Shown: one piece after another, positions 12,001 to 24,109 of the stretch
How positions within the stretch are numbered: position 1 is the first letter of the stretch
Layout: each line of letters begins with the position of its first letter
Assembly (NCBI GenBank): GCA_950097015.1
Contig: CATNEN010000007.1
Span: 7,378,001 to 7,442,000, forward strand
DNA: 64,000 nucleotides
Origin: Macrostomum hystrix
Taxonomy: Eukaryota; Animalia; Platyhelminthes
Reading direction: 5' to 3'
Translations under genes and position numbers: made by a program
Notes under the pieces: generated by a model
Seen by the model: only the letters and a program-made list of their open reading frames with translations
Told to the model about the DNA's origin: nothing
Database searches by the model: none

Positions 12001-15000
12001 TTGTCTCTCTGCAGCTGTCCGGAGCTGATCGACGTCGCTAAACGACTCGGCGGCGGCATCGCCAGCGGGCTGGTCGGGGCCGGCCGTCGGCGTGACGGCC
12101 TCACCCGCTCGCTGCTGCGGGCCAGCGCCAACTCCTTGTCAGCCGGCGCATTCCGAGCCGAGCCGCGTCCGGCCGCCGCCTGCCGGGTTCGCCGCGCCGT
12201 TCTTGCCGCCATCGGGCCAGCTTGGCGTCTGCGGCCGGCGGCTGCCGACCTGCTCGAAGCCGCCTTCCTAGCCTTTCACATTGAGCTGCACGACACGGAA
12301 GCGACCAACGTGTTCCAGGTGGGTGGGCGAGAACTGATCTGGGAAAAATCACAGACTGAGTAGCGATAATTAGAGACTGAGTAGGGATAATCCTAGACTG
12401 AGTAGCAATAAGTAGGGCAATCAGAATGAGTAGGAATAATAAGAGTATGAGTAAGGATAATTAGCTACTGGGTAGGGATAATTAAAGATTGAGTAGGGAT
12501 AATTAGCGACTGAGTAGGGATAATAAATTACTGAGTAAGGATGCTTCGCGACTAAGTGGTTATAATTAGAAACTGAGTAAGGATAATGAGAGTTTGAGTA
12601 GGGATAATTAGAGACTGGGTAGGGATAATTAGCGACTGAGTAGGGATAATGAGAGTTTGAGTAGGGATAATGAGAGTTAGAGTAGGGATAATGAAAGATT
12701 GAGTAGGCATAATTAAAAATTGACTAGGGATAATTAGCGACTGAGTAGGGATAATAAATCACTGAGTAGGGATAATAAATCACTGAGTAGGGATAATTAG
12801 CGACTGAGTAGGGATAATAAATCACTGAGTAGGGATGCTTCGCGACTAAGTGGTTATAATTAGAAACTGAGTAAGGATAATGAGTGTATGAGTAGGGATA
12901 ATGAGAGTATGAGTAGGGATAATGAGACTGAGTAGGAATGATTAGAGTCAGTGAAGACAGCTTGCAGCAAGGCTACAACAAAATGGCATTGCTTTTTTGA
13001 TGCATTAGTGAGAAAAAGTTATTGGAAAATTCCATAGCGAATCTGGAAATTTCTTCTTAGCACAACAGCTGCAAGTGGGGTGTATAAACAGAGGGCAATT
13101 CATCAAGAACATTTTACCTGCCGCCTGCCATCAGCGAAATTGCTTCCCAAATTTGCGAGTAAGAGAGTGCCAGACTGAGGCCCGTGGCCCCCTGCTTTGC
13201 CGAGATTTCAGCCAGTGGAAAATGCTACTCGACTCAGTCCCTGCATTGGCACCCTGCCATCCGCTGGAGTGACCCCTGTTGTCAGGGGCGCTTCTCGCAG
13301 AGCACTGGCATCTATTTTTGGCTTCTCATCACCGTTGTTGGTATTATTTGCTCAAAATATACCAGTGCCGACTGTTTCCCATTGAGATTGAGTAGGGATT
13401 ATTGCTAATCAGGCAATGAGTGGGATTATTTTGATATCTAACGAAAATTAGATTCGTCATCTGAGTTTTTCATTGTAGAAACAACAATTCTGAAAATAGA
13501 ATCTGACTGAAGGGCTTCAAAATAAAACAGTTCTTCTGTGAGTAGCATGTACCACTGATCAATAACTGATCAGTAATTTTGAAACGCATCAATGAGTCCT
13601 TGGGTGTGATGCTACTCTAACTCATTGTTCCATTCCCAAATTAGACATCAACTAGCAACCAAGACCCCCTTTGGGGGAAGCAAATCACGCTTTACAGCCC
13701 TGGGAAGAAGAATAATTTAAAATATGCAACTTCAATACTATGATTATCTTTTCTTAATATCCCCTTGATAAATCGTGCTATCTCTTGACAAAGTTTACTA
13801 CTCCCTCTAAAATTTATGCTACCCCCTGATAATTCATGCTCTTACCTCGATAATTCATGCTACCCCCTTGATGAATCAATTAAACTATACTCCCTCAATA
13901 ATTTATGCTACGCCATCGAGAATGCAGACCCCCTCAACTCATACTTCCCCTCGTTAATTCATGCTCCCCCTCGTTAATAAATGCTATTAACAGTAGATAA
14001 TTCATGCTTCCCCCTCGATAATTCATGCTTCCCCCTCGATAATTCATGCTTCCCCCTCGATAATTCATGCTTCCCCCTCGATAATTCATGCTTCCCCCTC
14101 GATAATTCATGCTTCCCCCTCGATAATTCATGCTTCCCCCTCGATAATTCATGCTTCCCCCTCGATAATTCATGCTTCCCCCTCGATAATTCATGCTTCC
14201 CCCTCGATAATTCATGCTTCCCCCTCGATAATTCATGCTTCCCCCTCGATAATTCATGCTTCCCCCTCGATAATTCATGCTTCCCCCTCGATAATTCATG
14301 CTTCCCCCTCGATAATTCATGCTTCCCCCTCGATAATTCATGCTTCCCCCTCGATAAATCATGCTACCCTCTTTAATAAATCATTTTATAGTTTTAAAAA
14401 ACTCCTTGAAAGCATTATGTGATTACCTGAAAATCTCATTCTTTCTCCTGGAAATCTAATGCAATCCTTTCACGAAATCAATATATTCCCTAGATATCGA
14501 ATGCTTTTCCCCATTTCTTTCTAGTTCTGAATCTGATTACGCTTGCAGCTATGCTGGAAAATTTTTGTTAGTTTGGAATATAAATTTTTTATAGCTTCCT
14601 TTATTTTTTAATCCTATTGAATATTGCTTGCAAGAATGCTTGAAAAATATTAAAACTTAAAGTGAACAGCGCTAATAGCTTTCCTAAAAGTCTTTTCTTA
14701 TATTTTCGAATCTAAAAACGCTGGCAGAAATGCTCCAAAATTCTTTACTCAGCTTTGTTTCGAATAAAACTTGCTGCTGCACTCAAAAAATCAATTTTCC
14801 TTTTCTCAGAGCGAGACGAGCAATTAAGCAAAAAAATATTTGCTTTGACAGTAGCTAATCAATAACTCTTACTATTAACAGTTAGTCGTACCCAAAAAAC
14901 AAAGAAATAAGTAATAATAAACTTATGCGAACCGTACTTACATTTTTACTGTTGATAATAGAAGATTACAATATATATCCTGCTACCACTCGATAAACCA

Positions 15001-18000
15001 TGCGATTATCCCAGTTGACGATAATCCCCCAGTTGACAATGATCCCCCAGTTGACAATGACCCCCCAGTTGATGATGATCTCACCCAGTTGACAATGATC
15101 CCCAGTTGATGATGATCACCCAGTTGATGATGATCACCCAGTTGACGATAATCCCCCAGTTGACAATGATCCCCCAGTTGACAATGACCCCCCAGTTGAT
15201 GATGATCTCACCCAGTTGACAATGATCCCCAGTTGATGATGATCACCCAGTTGATGATGATCACCCAGTTGACGATAATCCCCCAGTTGACAATGATCCC
15301 CCAGTTGACAATGACCCCCCAGTTGATGATGATCTCACCCAGTTGACAATGATCCCCAGTTGATGATGATCACCCAGTTGATGATGATCACCCAGTTGAC
15401 GATAATCCCCCAGTTGACAATGATCCCCCAGTTGACAATGACCCCCCAGTTGATGATGATCTCACCCAGTTGACAATGATCCCCAGTTGATGATGATCAC
15501 CCAGTTGATGATGATCACCCAGTTGATGATGATCACCCAGTTGATGATGATCACCCAGTTAACAATGATCCCCCAGTTGATGATGACCCCCATTTATGAT
15601 GATCCCCAGTTGACAATGTTCCCCAGCTGCTTTTGTATAAAATTGAGAAGAAGAACAATTTAATGAGTATTAGGCAAGATATTTTTGCCGGCGCGGAGAG
15701 GCCGTGAACCGGGACCACAGGAGGCGGACCTGAAACAAAAGGTGGGAGGCAGCGGCAGAACTCAAGCAAGCGGAGGCAAGCAAGCTGGTTGGCACATAGC
15801 AGGTGCCATAGAAGCGAAACAGAAAGTTGGCAAGCTGGCTGGGGTCATGCACTCTGGACAGCGGGTCGGCGAGCAGCTGGAAGCGGCCAGGCACATGGTG
15901 CGCGCGGACGATGATGTCGCGTTGAATGCAGGTCAGGGCGACGCGCTTCTGCAGGACGGAAATACCTTGGTGCTTGGCGGAGCCCGAGTTAATGATGCCG
16001 CAGGCGGCGGTGCTGTCAGTGTAGACTGCAACCGAGCAGCCGCTGAAGGCTTCTTGGTGCTGCAGAATCGTAACCAGCGGGGCGGCGCACTCCTTGAGGT
16101 TGATGTGCAGCTCCTTGAACGCGCCATCAAAATCGGACTGCCAGTCTTAGAGCCAAACCGGTTCTCTGTCGACGAAATGCAGCACAGCACCGCCTCCCAT
16201 GTCACAGGCGTCAGACTCAATCGCTCCAGCCGGCAGATGCGAGGGCCAGGCAGCTCTAGGCGGCAGCGTGCTCAACGCGGTCATCCACCACCTCAGCTGC
16301 GACTGGAGGTCTTCCGTGACGCCGACCCTGTCGGACGGATGCACCAGGCTATTGACCAGCTCAATCAGCGGCCGCAGGAAAGTTCGCCCGTGCTGGGCGG
16401 CCGTGCACAGGTGGCTGAGGTGCCTGAGCAGCATCTGCAGTTCAGACTTGCACAGGCTCCTCCGCGAGAGGCAGGTGTCAAGGAGAAGCTGAAGCTTTTC
16501 GGCTTTGTCGGCTGGGAAGGAAAGACTGGCTTGCACGGTGTCGATGTCAATGCCGAGGAACCGCAGATTTGTCGTCGACGGCACAGACTTTTTCTCGTTG
16601 ATGATGAAGCCAAGCTTGTTGAGCAGGTTGCGCAGCTCATGGTAGGCCCTGTCGCACTCGGCTTTCGTCCTGGCCATGACGAGGAAGTCATAGATGAAAA
16701 CGACGGTTGCCAGGAACCCCTTGCGACACATCATTCGTCGGGCCGCTTGCGTGAGGCGTTGGAAAATGCTGACGGAGGCTCTTCTGCCGAATGGTAACCG
16801 CGTATCCACCAGGAAGGTTGAGCAGCCGTTGCCGAAGTCCCAGTGGATGCCTGTGGCTTGGTAGCACTGCGGAGAAATTGGCACGCTGCGGTAGGCTGAC
16901 GCGATGTCCACCTTTGCCATGAACCAGCCGGGCTGCATCATCCTGACGGCCTCGTCGACGGAGGTGAAGCGGAGACGTCGTTGTTAGGCATATTGATCGT
17001 TCAGGCTGCAGCCGCGAGGGACGGAGCAATCATGGATTAGCCGGATGCCGGAGCTGTCTTTCGGAATGGCTCCCAGCGGACAGAACATCGCAGGCTTGTC
17101 CACGACTGGGACGTACCTCCCGAGCCGGATTTCTTCTTCGATAACAGCTTGGACTTGGTCGCGATTCCGGTTGACGGACTGGTAGTTGCTGCAGAAACAA
17201 GGTGTAAAGTCGAAGTCATCAGCAATGGAGAAGCCACTCTCGATGCCGTCGAGAATAAAATCAGCGTCGGGGCCGCCAATAAGCTCGGAGCGCCAGGCGT
17301 CGATGCGGAGATCACCCACTGGCTGCGTCAGATCGGACATCCGCGCTGGAGGCTTGGCGATGCAGGGCATGGGAGCGGGCTCAGCGAGGCAGTTAAAAGC
17401 AGGAGGCGTAAAATCGGTTTCATGGAGGAATCGGCAATTGTTCCTCATGCAGCCGTTGGTGCTGTTGAAGGACAAGCACAGCTCAGGGCCTGAGGATGTC
17501 CGCGGACCCATGACGCGGCTCTTGTTGCTAGGCTGGTTTCGCTTGGCTGTCTGGTTGTACTGGTCCGTCTTAATGCTGAGCAGGCGCCTGATCGATATCT
17601 GGGCGCAGTCCTTGCCCCAGCGAAGGCTGTTGGCTGCGCGGTGCTGGCGGTAGTCATGGTCGAATCTGATCACCCGGTGCGCCGGGAATCTGTCGAATAG
17701 CTCGGCCACCTGGACATTGTACTGGGCGTAGTCTTTGACTTTCTCAGTTGTGCTGTACACCTGGCCCTTGCTGGTCACCTGCGGCGCTGTGTCTTCAAGC
17801 ATCTGAAGCAGGATCTTCATGCTGCCGGCCAACCAATGTCCAACTGTCATGCCGTCCAGCTTGGTCGTCGACTTCTTGAGCACGAGGCCGCCAGAGCTGC
17901 CCCGGGTGAGCAACTCGTCAGCCTGGCCTGATCATCGACAAAGTCTCTGACGAGCAGACACGGCTGCCCGACCGGCCGGGGGTTGGCTCTAGCGCTGACG

Positions 18001-21000
18001 GGGCCTGTTGGGTTGAGAAGTTCAGCAAAGAGATTCTGCTGCTCATCTGATTCTGTACGGGCAGTCACGACGGCGCGTTCCCGAAGCTCTCGCTCGCGTG
18101 TTCGAAGCTCTAGGAGCTGCAGCCGTTTCTCCGTCCAGGTCTGCCTCCCGTGGGTCCCGGCCTTGGTCTTGGGGCTCCTCCTGCGCACAGGGCGATGCCG
18201 ATGCCGATGTCGATGCCGAATGGTTCAGGTGCGTCCCGCCGTCTTGAGGCTGTGACTGCCCCTCGTGTTGTCTCAGTCTGGCTTGCAGGGCCGACTTATT
18301 GCCTGCGGTTGAGAGCCCTCGGCTACCGAGCTCACTCTTGAGTTGTCTGACTGTTAGTCGGTCCACACGGTGCATGATAGCAGGCAGGCAAAAAAAATTT
18401 TACGAGCCAGAGCGCTCACGCAGCACGCACGAGAGAGCGTGAGCGCACAAATAAAAGTGGGGCCGACGCCGCCACCCCCCAACCAAACCACCCCAACTGC
18501 CGGCCGGCATCCAGCACCCCACCTTGCGGCAGGGATGCACACGCACGAGCCGCACGCAAAGACAGGCGGGAGGGCCGGCCCAGTCGGCTAAACACGATTA
18601 CAGAGCCAGTTTAGACCGGCCCCGAAATCGCAACCTTGATTGAGATTCATATTAAGATTTGATTGGGATTGGAATGGAATGGGGTTGATAGAAAAACTAC
18701 GAATTAGAATTCCGAAATGCCGTTTGATATTGAGTGAGTAAAGCACTGATTTGGGATTCCACTAATTCGCCGCCAGGACCTGCTCTTCCGTCTGCGCCGC
18801 ATCGAACTGGGCGCGGAGCCGGAGCCGCTGCCAGCCGAGCTGGTCCGGGACAAGCCGGCCACCTACCGCCGCCTGTACCCGGACCCGGCCGCACTGCAGG
18901 CCTACCTGGAGGCGGTGCGCTTCGAGCGGCGCCTGCGCGATCTTCAACAGCGGCGCCAGTTCCTGCAGCTGGAGGACGCGTACACGGAGTCCGGCTGGAC
19001 GGCCTGGCTGGAACAGGCGATCAGCGGCGACGACGGCGGCAGCCTCGCCAAGCTGGCGGACCGGGTGCCGGTCCATCTGCGCCGATTTACCGAGCTGGGC
19101 GCCCTGTTCCGCGCCGCCGACATGCGCGCCGCCGCTCTGGAGCGACTGAGGCGCTACCCGGAGGCGGCCAGGCAGTACCAGCTGCTGCTGTCTCAGCAGG
19201 TGGGCCGGGATGCTAGGCTTTGGAGGCAATCAGGAAGGATGAATCCTTCCTCAATTATTGAGGTTTCAGGCTCTGAGGGTTCAGGCAGTAGGGTTTCAGG
19301 CTCTGAGGTTTCAAGCTCCGTGGTTTCAAGTTGTGTAGTTTCAGACTGAGTGGGTTTCAGGCTGAGTGGGTTTCAGACTGAGTAGGTTTCAGACTGAGTG
19401 AGTTTCAGGCTGAGTGGGTTTCAGACTGAGTGGGTTTCAGGCTGAGTGAGTTTCAGGCTGAGTGAGTTTCAGGCTGAGTGGGTTTCAGACTGTGGGTTTC
19501 AGACTGAGTGGGTTTCAGGCTGAGTGGGTTTCAGGCTGCATTTTTCGGCCAGTGAATTTCCAAACGCAATCTTCTAGCAAAAAGTTTTGTTCGCAGTCGT
19601 CAGGTATTTCTGGCTGCGGGTTTTGAAGGCTGAAAAATATCTGGCCGAATTCTGGCAGTAACACTAACTTGTGCGCGCACAACCTGCCAAACTGTAGGTG
19701 CTGCTGACCCGGTCGCGATACCGGCGTCACCTCCGGCTGGCCCTGCTGCTGGACCGGCACCAGCGCGACCCGGCGGCGTCTCTGGCCGCCATCTCCCGCG
19801 CCCTGGCTGAGCCCGGCCTCTGCCCGGCCGCCAGGCGCGAGCTGGCTCAACGGGCCGCCTCCTTGGCCGCGCGCAGCTCCGACACGATCGTCGCCTGCCC
19901 GCTAGTGGCCGCCGCCCTCTTGGAGCAGCCGCCGAAGCCGCCGGCTCGCGTTGAAATCAGTGGCGCCACCGTCTCCCACTGGCTGCCGGGTCGCGTCAAC
20001 GTTTTCCTTGACGGCGGCTCCGGCGATGCCAGCGTCTGCAGCGTGGAGACTGTCGCTCTTGACCATTATCGCTCGACGGCCGGAGGCGGCTACACACGCG
20101 GCCTCCACGCCGAAGGCTCGCCGTTTCACTCGCTGTTCTTCCTGCTGCAGCGGGAGGCCGTGTTCGCCCCGCTGCCCGGAGCCTTCCTGTCCCGCTATCA
20201 GCGCCGGGCTCCGCTCGACCTGCGCTACCCGGCCGAGTTTCTGGCCGCCGACGGCCGGCAGGTGGCCCTCGACGCCGGGCTGCAGCGGCTGCTGGGCGAC
20301 GAGTGCCGCGAGGCTGGCCGCCTTGAGGCCTGGATCCGGCGGGAGGCCGAGCAGGATCCAGGACTGCTGTTTAGCGACCGGGTGAGGGGCGGTCGGGAGT
20401 TCGATTCTCAGATAGAGACACGCAGGAGCTAATGGGCTCTTGCGCACACACGCTTGCAAAACAGACGGGAGGGGCAGGCATCTGTGGTCTGGGGGCTGAG
20501 ACCCAGCGCTTGCAAGTCAGCCACAAAACAGTCAGTCAGCGTCACAGTTCGCCCTTGGCCTCGGCTGGTGCAGGAGGACCAGGGCCAAAGGGACTTGGTC
20601 GCCGCGGCCATGACTCCGCAGGCAGTGGCCCAGCAGCATTTGTCGGCGCCGGCGCAGGGTGACACTCAGGTCTGGGACGGGCCATCAGGTCTCTGGACGG
20701 CAACCTCTCGGGGTAGCGCCGTCAGGCCGTCCCTCGCAGTTGAAGACGTTCCTGAGCAGGTGCGCGGCGCGCCAGGCCGGATTGCTCCTGTCAGAGTCCG
20801 GGCTCATAGCTAGTGATCCGAGGTACCGGAAGTCCTCCCACACGGCGATGACATCTCGGTTGGGCAGCGCAAGTGCCGGGGCGGTATCAGTGCCCACGTG
20901 CAGCACCCCTGTCTTGCGCGCGTTGACCACCAGCCCCACCCGGGCGCCCTCCTCACAGAGCCTGAAAAGAGCGCCTTGGGCATGTGCTCTGTGCGTGTGC

Positions 21001-21740
21001 GGGCCTGGGGTGAGAGGCACTTCGGCTGACGCCCCCTTCCCCGCTTGGCTTGCTGCTGTGTGTGAGGTGCCTGTGTTCAGGGGTCTAGATAGCGCGATGA
21101 ACGACTCCCGCCTACTTCGCCGGCCTGCGGGCATGCCGTTCCTGCGCTTGTGCGTCAAGTGCCCCAGGCCCCCTGCAAATAAGTAAAAAAAGCACCTTGG
21201 GCAACAGCTCGGTCGCGACAGAGGAGCGCGATGTCGTCGGCATGCGCGAGAGCAGGCAGCGGAATAGCAGGGTGTCGTTTATTTCGTATATACGAGTATA
21301 TATTATCTCCCCGCCCGCAGGTGAGCCTGGATGATCTGTGCAGCCTGGCCGAGGCCCTGCCAAGGCCGCTCCTGGCCGGCATTCTCGCTGAGCTCGGCCA
21401 GAACTATGACCAGCTGCATGCCGGCATGCCCGACCTGCTGCTCTGGTGCCCGGCCAGCCGGCGCTGCCTCTTTGCCGAGGTCAAGGGCCCCGGCGACCAG
21501 CTGTCGGCGAAGCAGACCCTCTGGCTGGCCCGGCTGCGGCGGCTTGGAGCCAGCGCGGAGGTCTGCCTGGTGCGCGCCGAGCAGGGTGGCCTGACGCGCC
21601 GGCGGCTGACCAGGGACGACCCGCCGCCACCGCAGATGCGACCGGCGGAGGCGAAGGAGGAGGCGATGGCGGAGGCGGAAGCGGAGCCCGTTAGCCGAGC
21701 CAAGAGACTGCGAAGACGAACTGACGCTGATTACCGCTGA
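9053..21740 (+). CDS. FAN1: Fanconi-associated nuclease 1 (VRR-NUC), 5 exons, about 851 aa
   Basis: Exons are 9053-9499, 11737-12318, 18777-19199, 19698-20381 and 21321-21740, all joined by phase-0 GT-AG introns. Motifs include QPYYARWF, CSVETVALDHY, GLHAEGS and the VRR-NUC core GMPDLLLW...FAEVKGPGDQLSAKQTLWL. Confidence 0.92.
9847..10384 (+). repeat. 41-bp minisatellite, about 13 copies (GCCCGCATCAACGATTGCTCATTAGTRTTAGCTGTTTGCAT)
   Basis: Near-perfect tandem array in FAN1 intron 1. Confidence 0.95.
10580..11163 (+). mobile_element. Full-length tRNA-headed SINE (about 584 bp) with a 13-bp target-site duplication
   Basis: The head has an A-box-like TGGGTCAGCGG and a B-box-like GTTCGATT. It is flanked by AGAGGCATCTCAA (10567-10579) and AGAGGAATCTCAA (11164-11176). 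Its 3' ~200 bp recurs at 20983-21185. Confidence 0.75.
12354..12948 (+). repeat. Degenerate ~21-bp minisatellite (GACTGAGTAGGGATAATTAGC)
   Basis: Tandem array at the start of FAN1 intron 2. Confidence 0.9.
13995..14372 (+). repeat. 21-bp minisatellite (GATAATTCATGCTTCCCCCTC), with degenerate copies from ~13760
   Basis: Perfect tandem array that generates the spurious repetitive ORFs. Confidence 0.95.
15007..15626 (-). repeat. ~18-19 bp minisatellite (CCCAGTTGACAATGAT family) with higher-order periodicity
   Basis: Tandem array that is the reverse complement of the array at 61395-62370. Confidence 0.9.
15670..18590 (-). mobile_element. Decayed, 3'-truncated Ngaro/DIRS-type retrotransposon (gag, RT, RNase H; no tyrosine recombinase seen) in FAN1 intron 2
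   Basis: Gag starts at ATG 18375 with a SAP motif and later has a CCCH finger (CLSFNSTNGCMRNNCRFLH). RT motifs are PLGAIPK, RLIHDCS, MAKVDIASAYRSVPI and LPFG. RNase H motifs are ESDAC, HINLKE, YTDS and HVPG...LADPLSR. There are in-frame TAA stops at 16984 and 16147, frameshifts in gag, and the catalytic xxDD motif reads FIYD. Confidence 0.85.
19262..19538 (+). repeat. 16-bp minisatellite (TTTCAGACTGAGTGGG)
   Basis: Tandem array in FAN1 intron 3. Confidence 0.9.
20410..21275 (-). mobile_element. 5'-truncated non-LTR retrotransposon (RTE-like) fragment interrupted by a SINE
   Basis: The minus strand reads LAHADDIALL...AQGALFRLCEEGARVGLVVNARKT...EDFRYLGS and RRRRQMLLGHCLR, and the ORF ends at TAG 20429. 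These are RT C-terminal motifs of LINE ORF2. Confidence 0.75.
20983..21185 (+). mobile_element. 5'-truncated copy of the 10580 SINE with an 18-bp target-site duplication
   Basis: It is homologous to 10957-11163 (TGCTCTGTGCGTGTG...CAAGTGCCCC...CCCCCTGCAAATA). The flanks are AAAAGAGCGCCTTGGGCA (20965-20982) and AAAAAAGCACCTTGGGCA (21186-21203). Confidence 0.8.
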
Positions 21741-22696
21741 TGTGTCATCTGTTCTGTCTGTGTCATCCGCCTGTTCTGTCTGTGTCATCCGCCTGTTCTG
21801 TCTGTGTCATCAGTCCGTTCTGTCTGTGTCATCCGCCTGTTCTGTCTGTGTCATCAGCCTGTTCTGCTTGTGTCATCAGTCCGTTCTGTCTGTGTCACCA
21901 GCCTGTTCTGTCTGTGTCATCAGCCTGTTCTGCTTGTGTCATCAGTCCGTTCTGTCTGTGTCATCCGCCTGTTCTGTCTGTGTCATCAGCCTGTTCTGCT
22001 TGTGTCATCAGTCTGTTCTGTCTGTGTCATCCGCCTGTTCTGTCTGTGTCATCAGCCTGTTCTGCTTGTGTCATCAGTCCGTTCTGTCTGTGTCACCAGC
22101 CTGTTCTGTCTGTGTCATCAGTCCGTCAGTCCGTACTGTCTGTGTCATCAGCCTGTTCTGTCTTGTCATCAGACTGTTCTGTCTGTGTCATCAGACTGTT
22201 CTGTCTGTGTCATCAGTCCGTTCTGTCTGTGTCACCAGCCTGTTCTGTCTGTGTCATCAGTCCGTCAGTCCGTACTGTCTGTGTCATCAGACTGTTCTGC
22301 TTGTGTCATCAGACTGTTCTGTCTGTGTCATCAGACTGTTCTGTCTGTGTCATCAGACTGTTCTGTCTGTGTCATCCGCCTGTTCTGTCTGTGTCATCAG
22401 TCTGTTCTGTCTGTGTCATCAGTCCGTTCTGTCTGTGTCATCAGCCTGTTCTGTCTGTGTCATCAGACTGTTCTGTCTGTGTCATCAGCCTGTTCTGTCT
22501 GTGTCATCAGACTGTTCTGTCTGTGTCATCAGCCTGTTCTGTCTGTGTCATCAGTCTGTACTGTCTGTGTCATCAGACTGTTCTGTCTGTGTCATCAACC
22601 TGTTCAGTCTGTGTCATCAGTCCGTACTGTCTGTGTCATCAGCCTGTTCTGTCTGTGTCATCAACCTGTTCAGTCTGTGTCATCAGTCCGTACTGT
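21741..22696 (+). repeat. 22-bp minisatellite (TGTGTCATCAGCCTGTTCTGTC)
   Basis: Tandem array starting immediately after the FAN1 stop codon. Confidence 0.95.
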
Positions 22697-23148
22697 GACA
22701 GTTTGTGACCCCAGACCCGTCAGAACAGTACAGTACAGGTTTTTTTGCTCAATCTCTGTGTGCAGCAGTTTTATATTATCTCTGACTAAAACTGAATTGC
22801 ATTTTTGCTCCATAATTCGCGTTCTTGGCTTGACCTGATCCATATACATCCTTTACTGCAGATGAATGGCTTGTTCTCAACTTTCTTTGGCTGTTTTATG
22901 GTCTGACATGTATTTTTAATTACTAGACAAGTACAATATCTTTCGATTTATGCTTCTTTGCCATTATTTTCTATTTCACAATTTTTGGCTTTGTGTAAGA
23001 TTAAGAATGAATGAAGCTTTTTAAAATAGAAAATACGTTAATTAAAAGTGCTTATTTAATTTCAGCAGACAGACTCAACTATGCTCACCCGGTTGCAGTT
23101 CGGCTGATTTTAATACTTGCACCTCTCCGAGCAGCTCAAGCAACTCGA

Positions 23149-23227
23149 ATGTCGATGGCGGACTCTGCTGATTGGAAGCCTCTGGACCTTCTGCTACTGA
23201 CGGAGCAGATTCTGCGGCCGGTTGTTA

Positions 23228-23281
<54 letters not shown>

Positions 23282-23865
23282 GGCGCTCAGAACCCAGCAG
23301 ACCTCCTCCGCCGTTGTCACCTTCTCCTCTTCCTTCGACCCATACGGCTGCCGGTGATATCGACAATGCGCAGATTGATGACGCCACACCCGCGTCCTCG
23401 CTGTCTACAATCGTCAACGGCCTCTCCTGCGACAAGTCAGTGCAGGCCTCCTGCCCGATGCCCCAGCAAGCATCGGCAGCTGCGACGGCGACGGAGGCCT
23501 GGCTGATCTCGCTGGACCAGCGGGTGCCGGACCGGTTCTTCAACTCACCCAGCGCCGCTAGCGGACTTCAGCGCCTGCGGCTCATGACGGCGGAGTCCGC
23601 GGCGGCGACTGCCGATCAGCTGTTTTCGACGGAATCGTCGCCGCCGATGTCCCCGCCGCCTCAGCAGTTCGCTCAGCCGCTGCTGTCGTCCTCCTCCTCG
23701 TCCACCGCTTCTGCGCCCGCCCATCGGAGAACCAGCGCGAACGATCGCGGCCAACAGCGGGCCGCCTTTTCTGGCTACGTTGGCAGCTCGCAGCACCACC
23801 GCCCACTTCCTGAGCGATTCCTGACGGCTGGCAGGACCAGGGCAACCAGCTCCGCTTATAAGTAG
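23149..23865 (+). CDS. Uncharacterised low-complexity polyQ/Ser/Pro-rich protein (about 238 aa)
   Basis: GC-rich ORF with exon-like codon usage in AT-rich flanks, starting MSMADSADWKPLDLLLLTEQILRP and containing a CAG tract. I recognise no domain. Confidence 0.5.
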
Positions 23866-24109
23866 GCTTAGCAGGGCCTTGCCCGGCCCATCAATCTAAT
23901 ATTTTTGGGTGGCTCTTGTGATATGCTTTTTTCTAGCCCTAATGGGTTCTTCAATGTATCTCTGTGGTCTATCTGTTTCTATGACCAATCAAACATTGCT
24001 CAACATTTATTTGCAGTTTTGTACAAAACTTAACCATCTAATGTACAAACTTAATTAGCTGTTAAAACAGCTAGACGACCTGGGTCTCTCAACCGTCAAA
24101 CTTCACACC

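Noticed and set aside
13934-14376. Repetitive ORFs (MNYRGGS)n and (DNSCFPL)n
   Set aside because: They are translations of a 21-bp intronic tandem repeat.
15685-16797. 370 aa plus-strand ORF
   Set aside because: It is the antisense shadow of the Ngaro RT/RNase H region.
21740-22838. Three long Cys/Ser/Val-rich ORFs
   Set aside because: All three frames are open because the 22-bp repeat lacks stop codons.
23230-23280. Functional link between the CAG tract and neighbouring FAN1 (a CAG-repeat modifier in humans)
   Set aside because: CAG runs are common throughout this window, so adjacency is uninformative.
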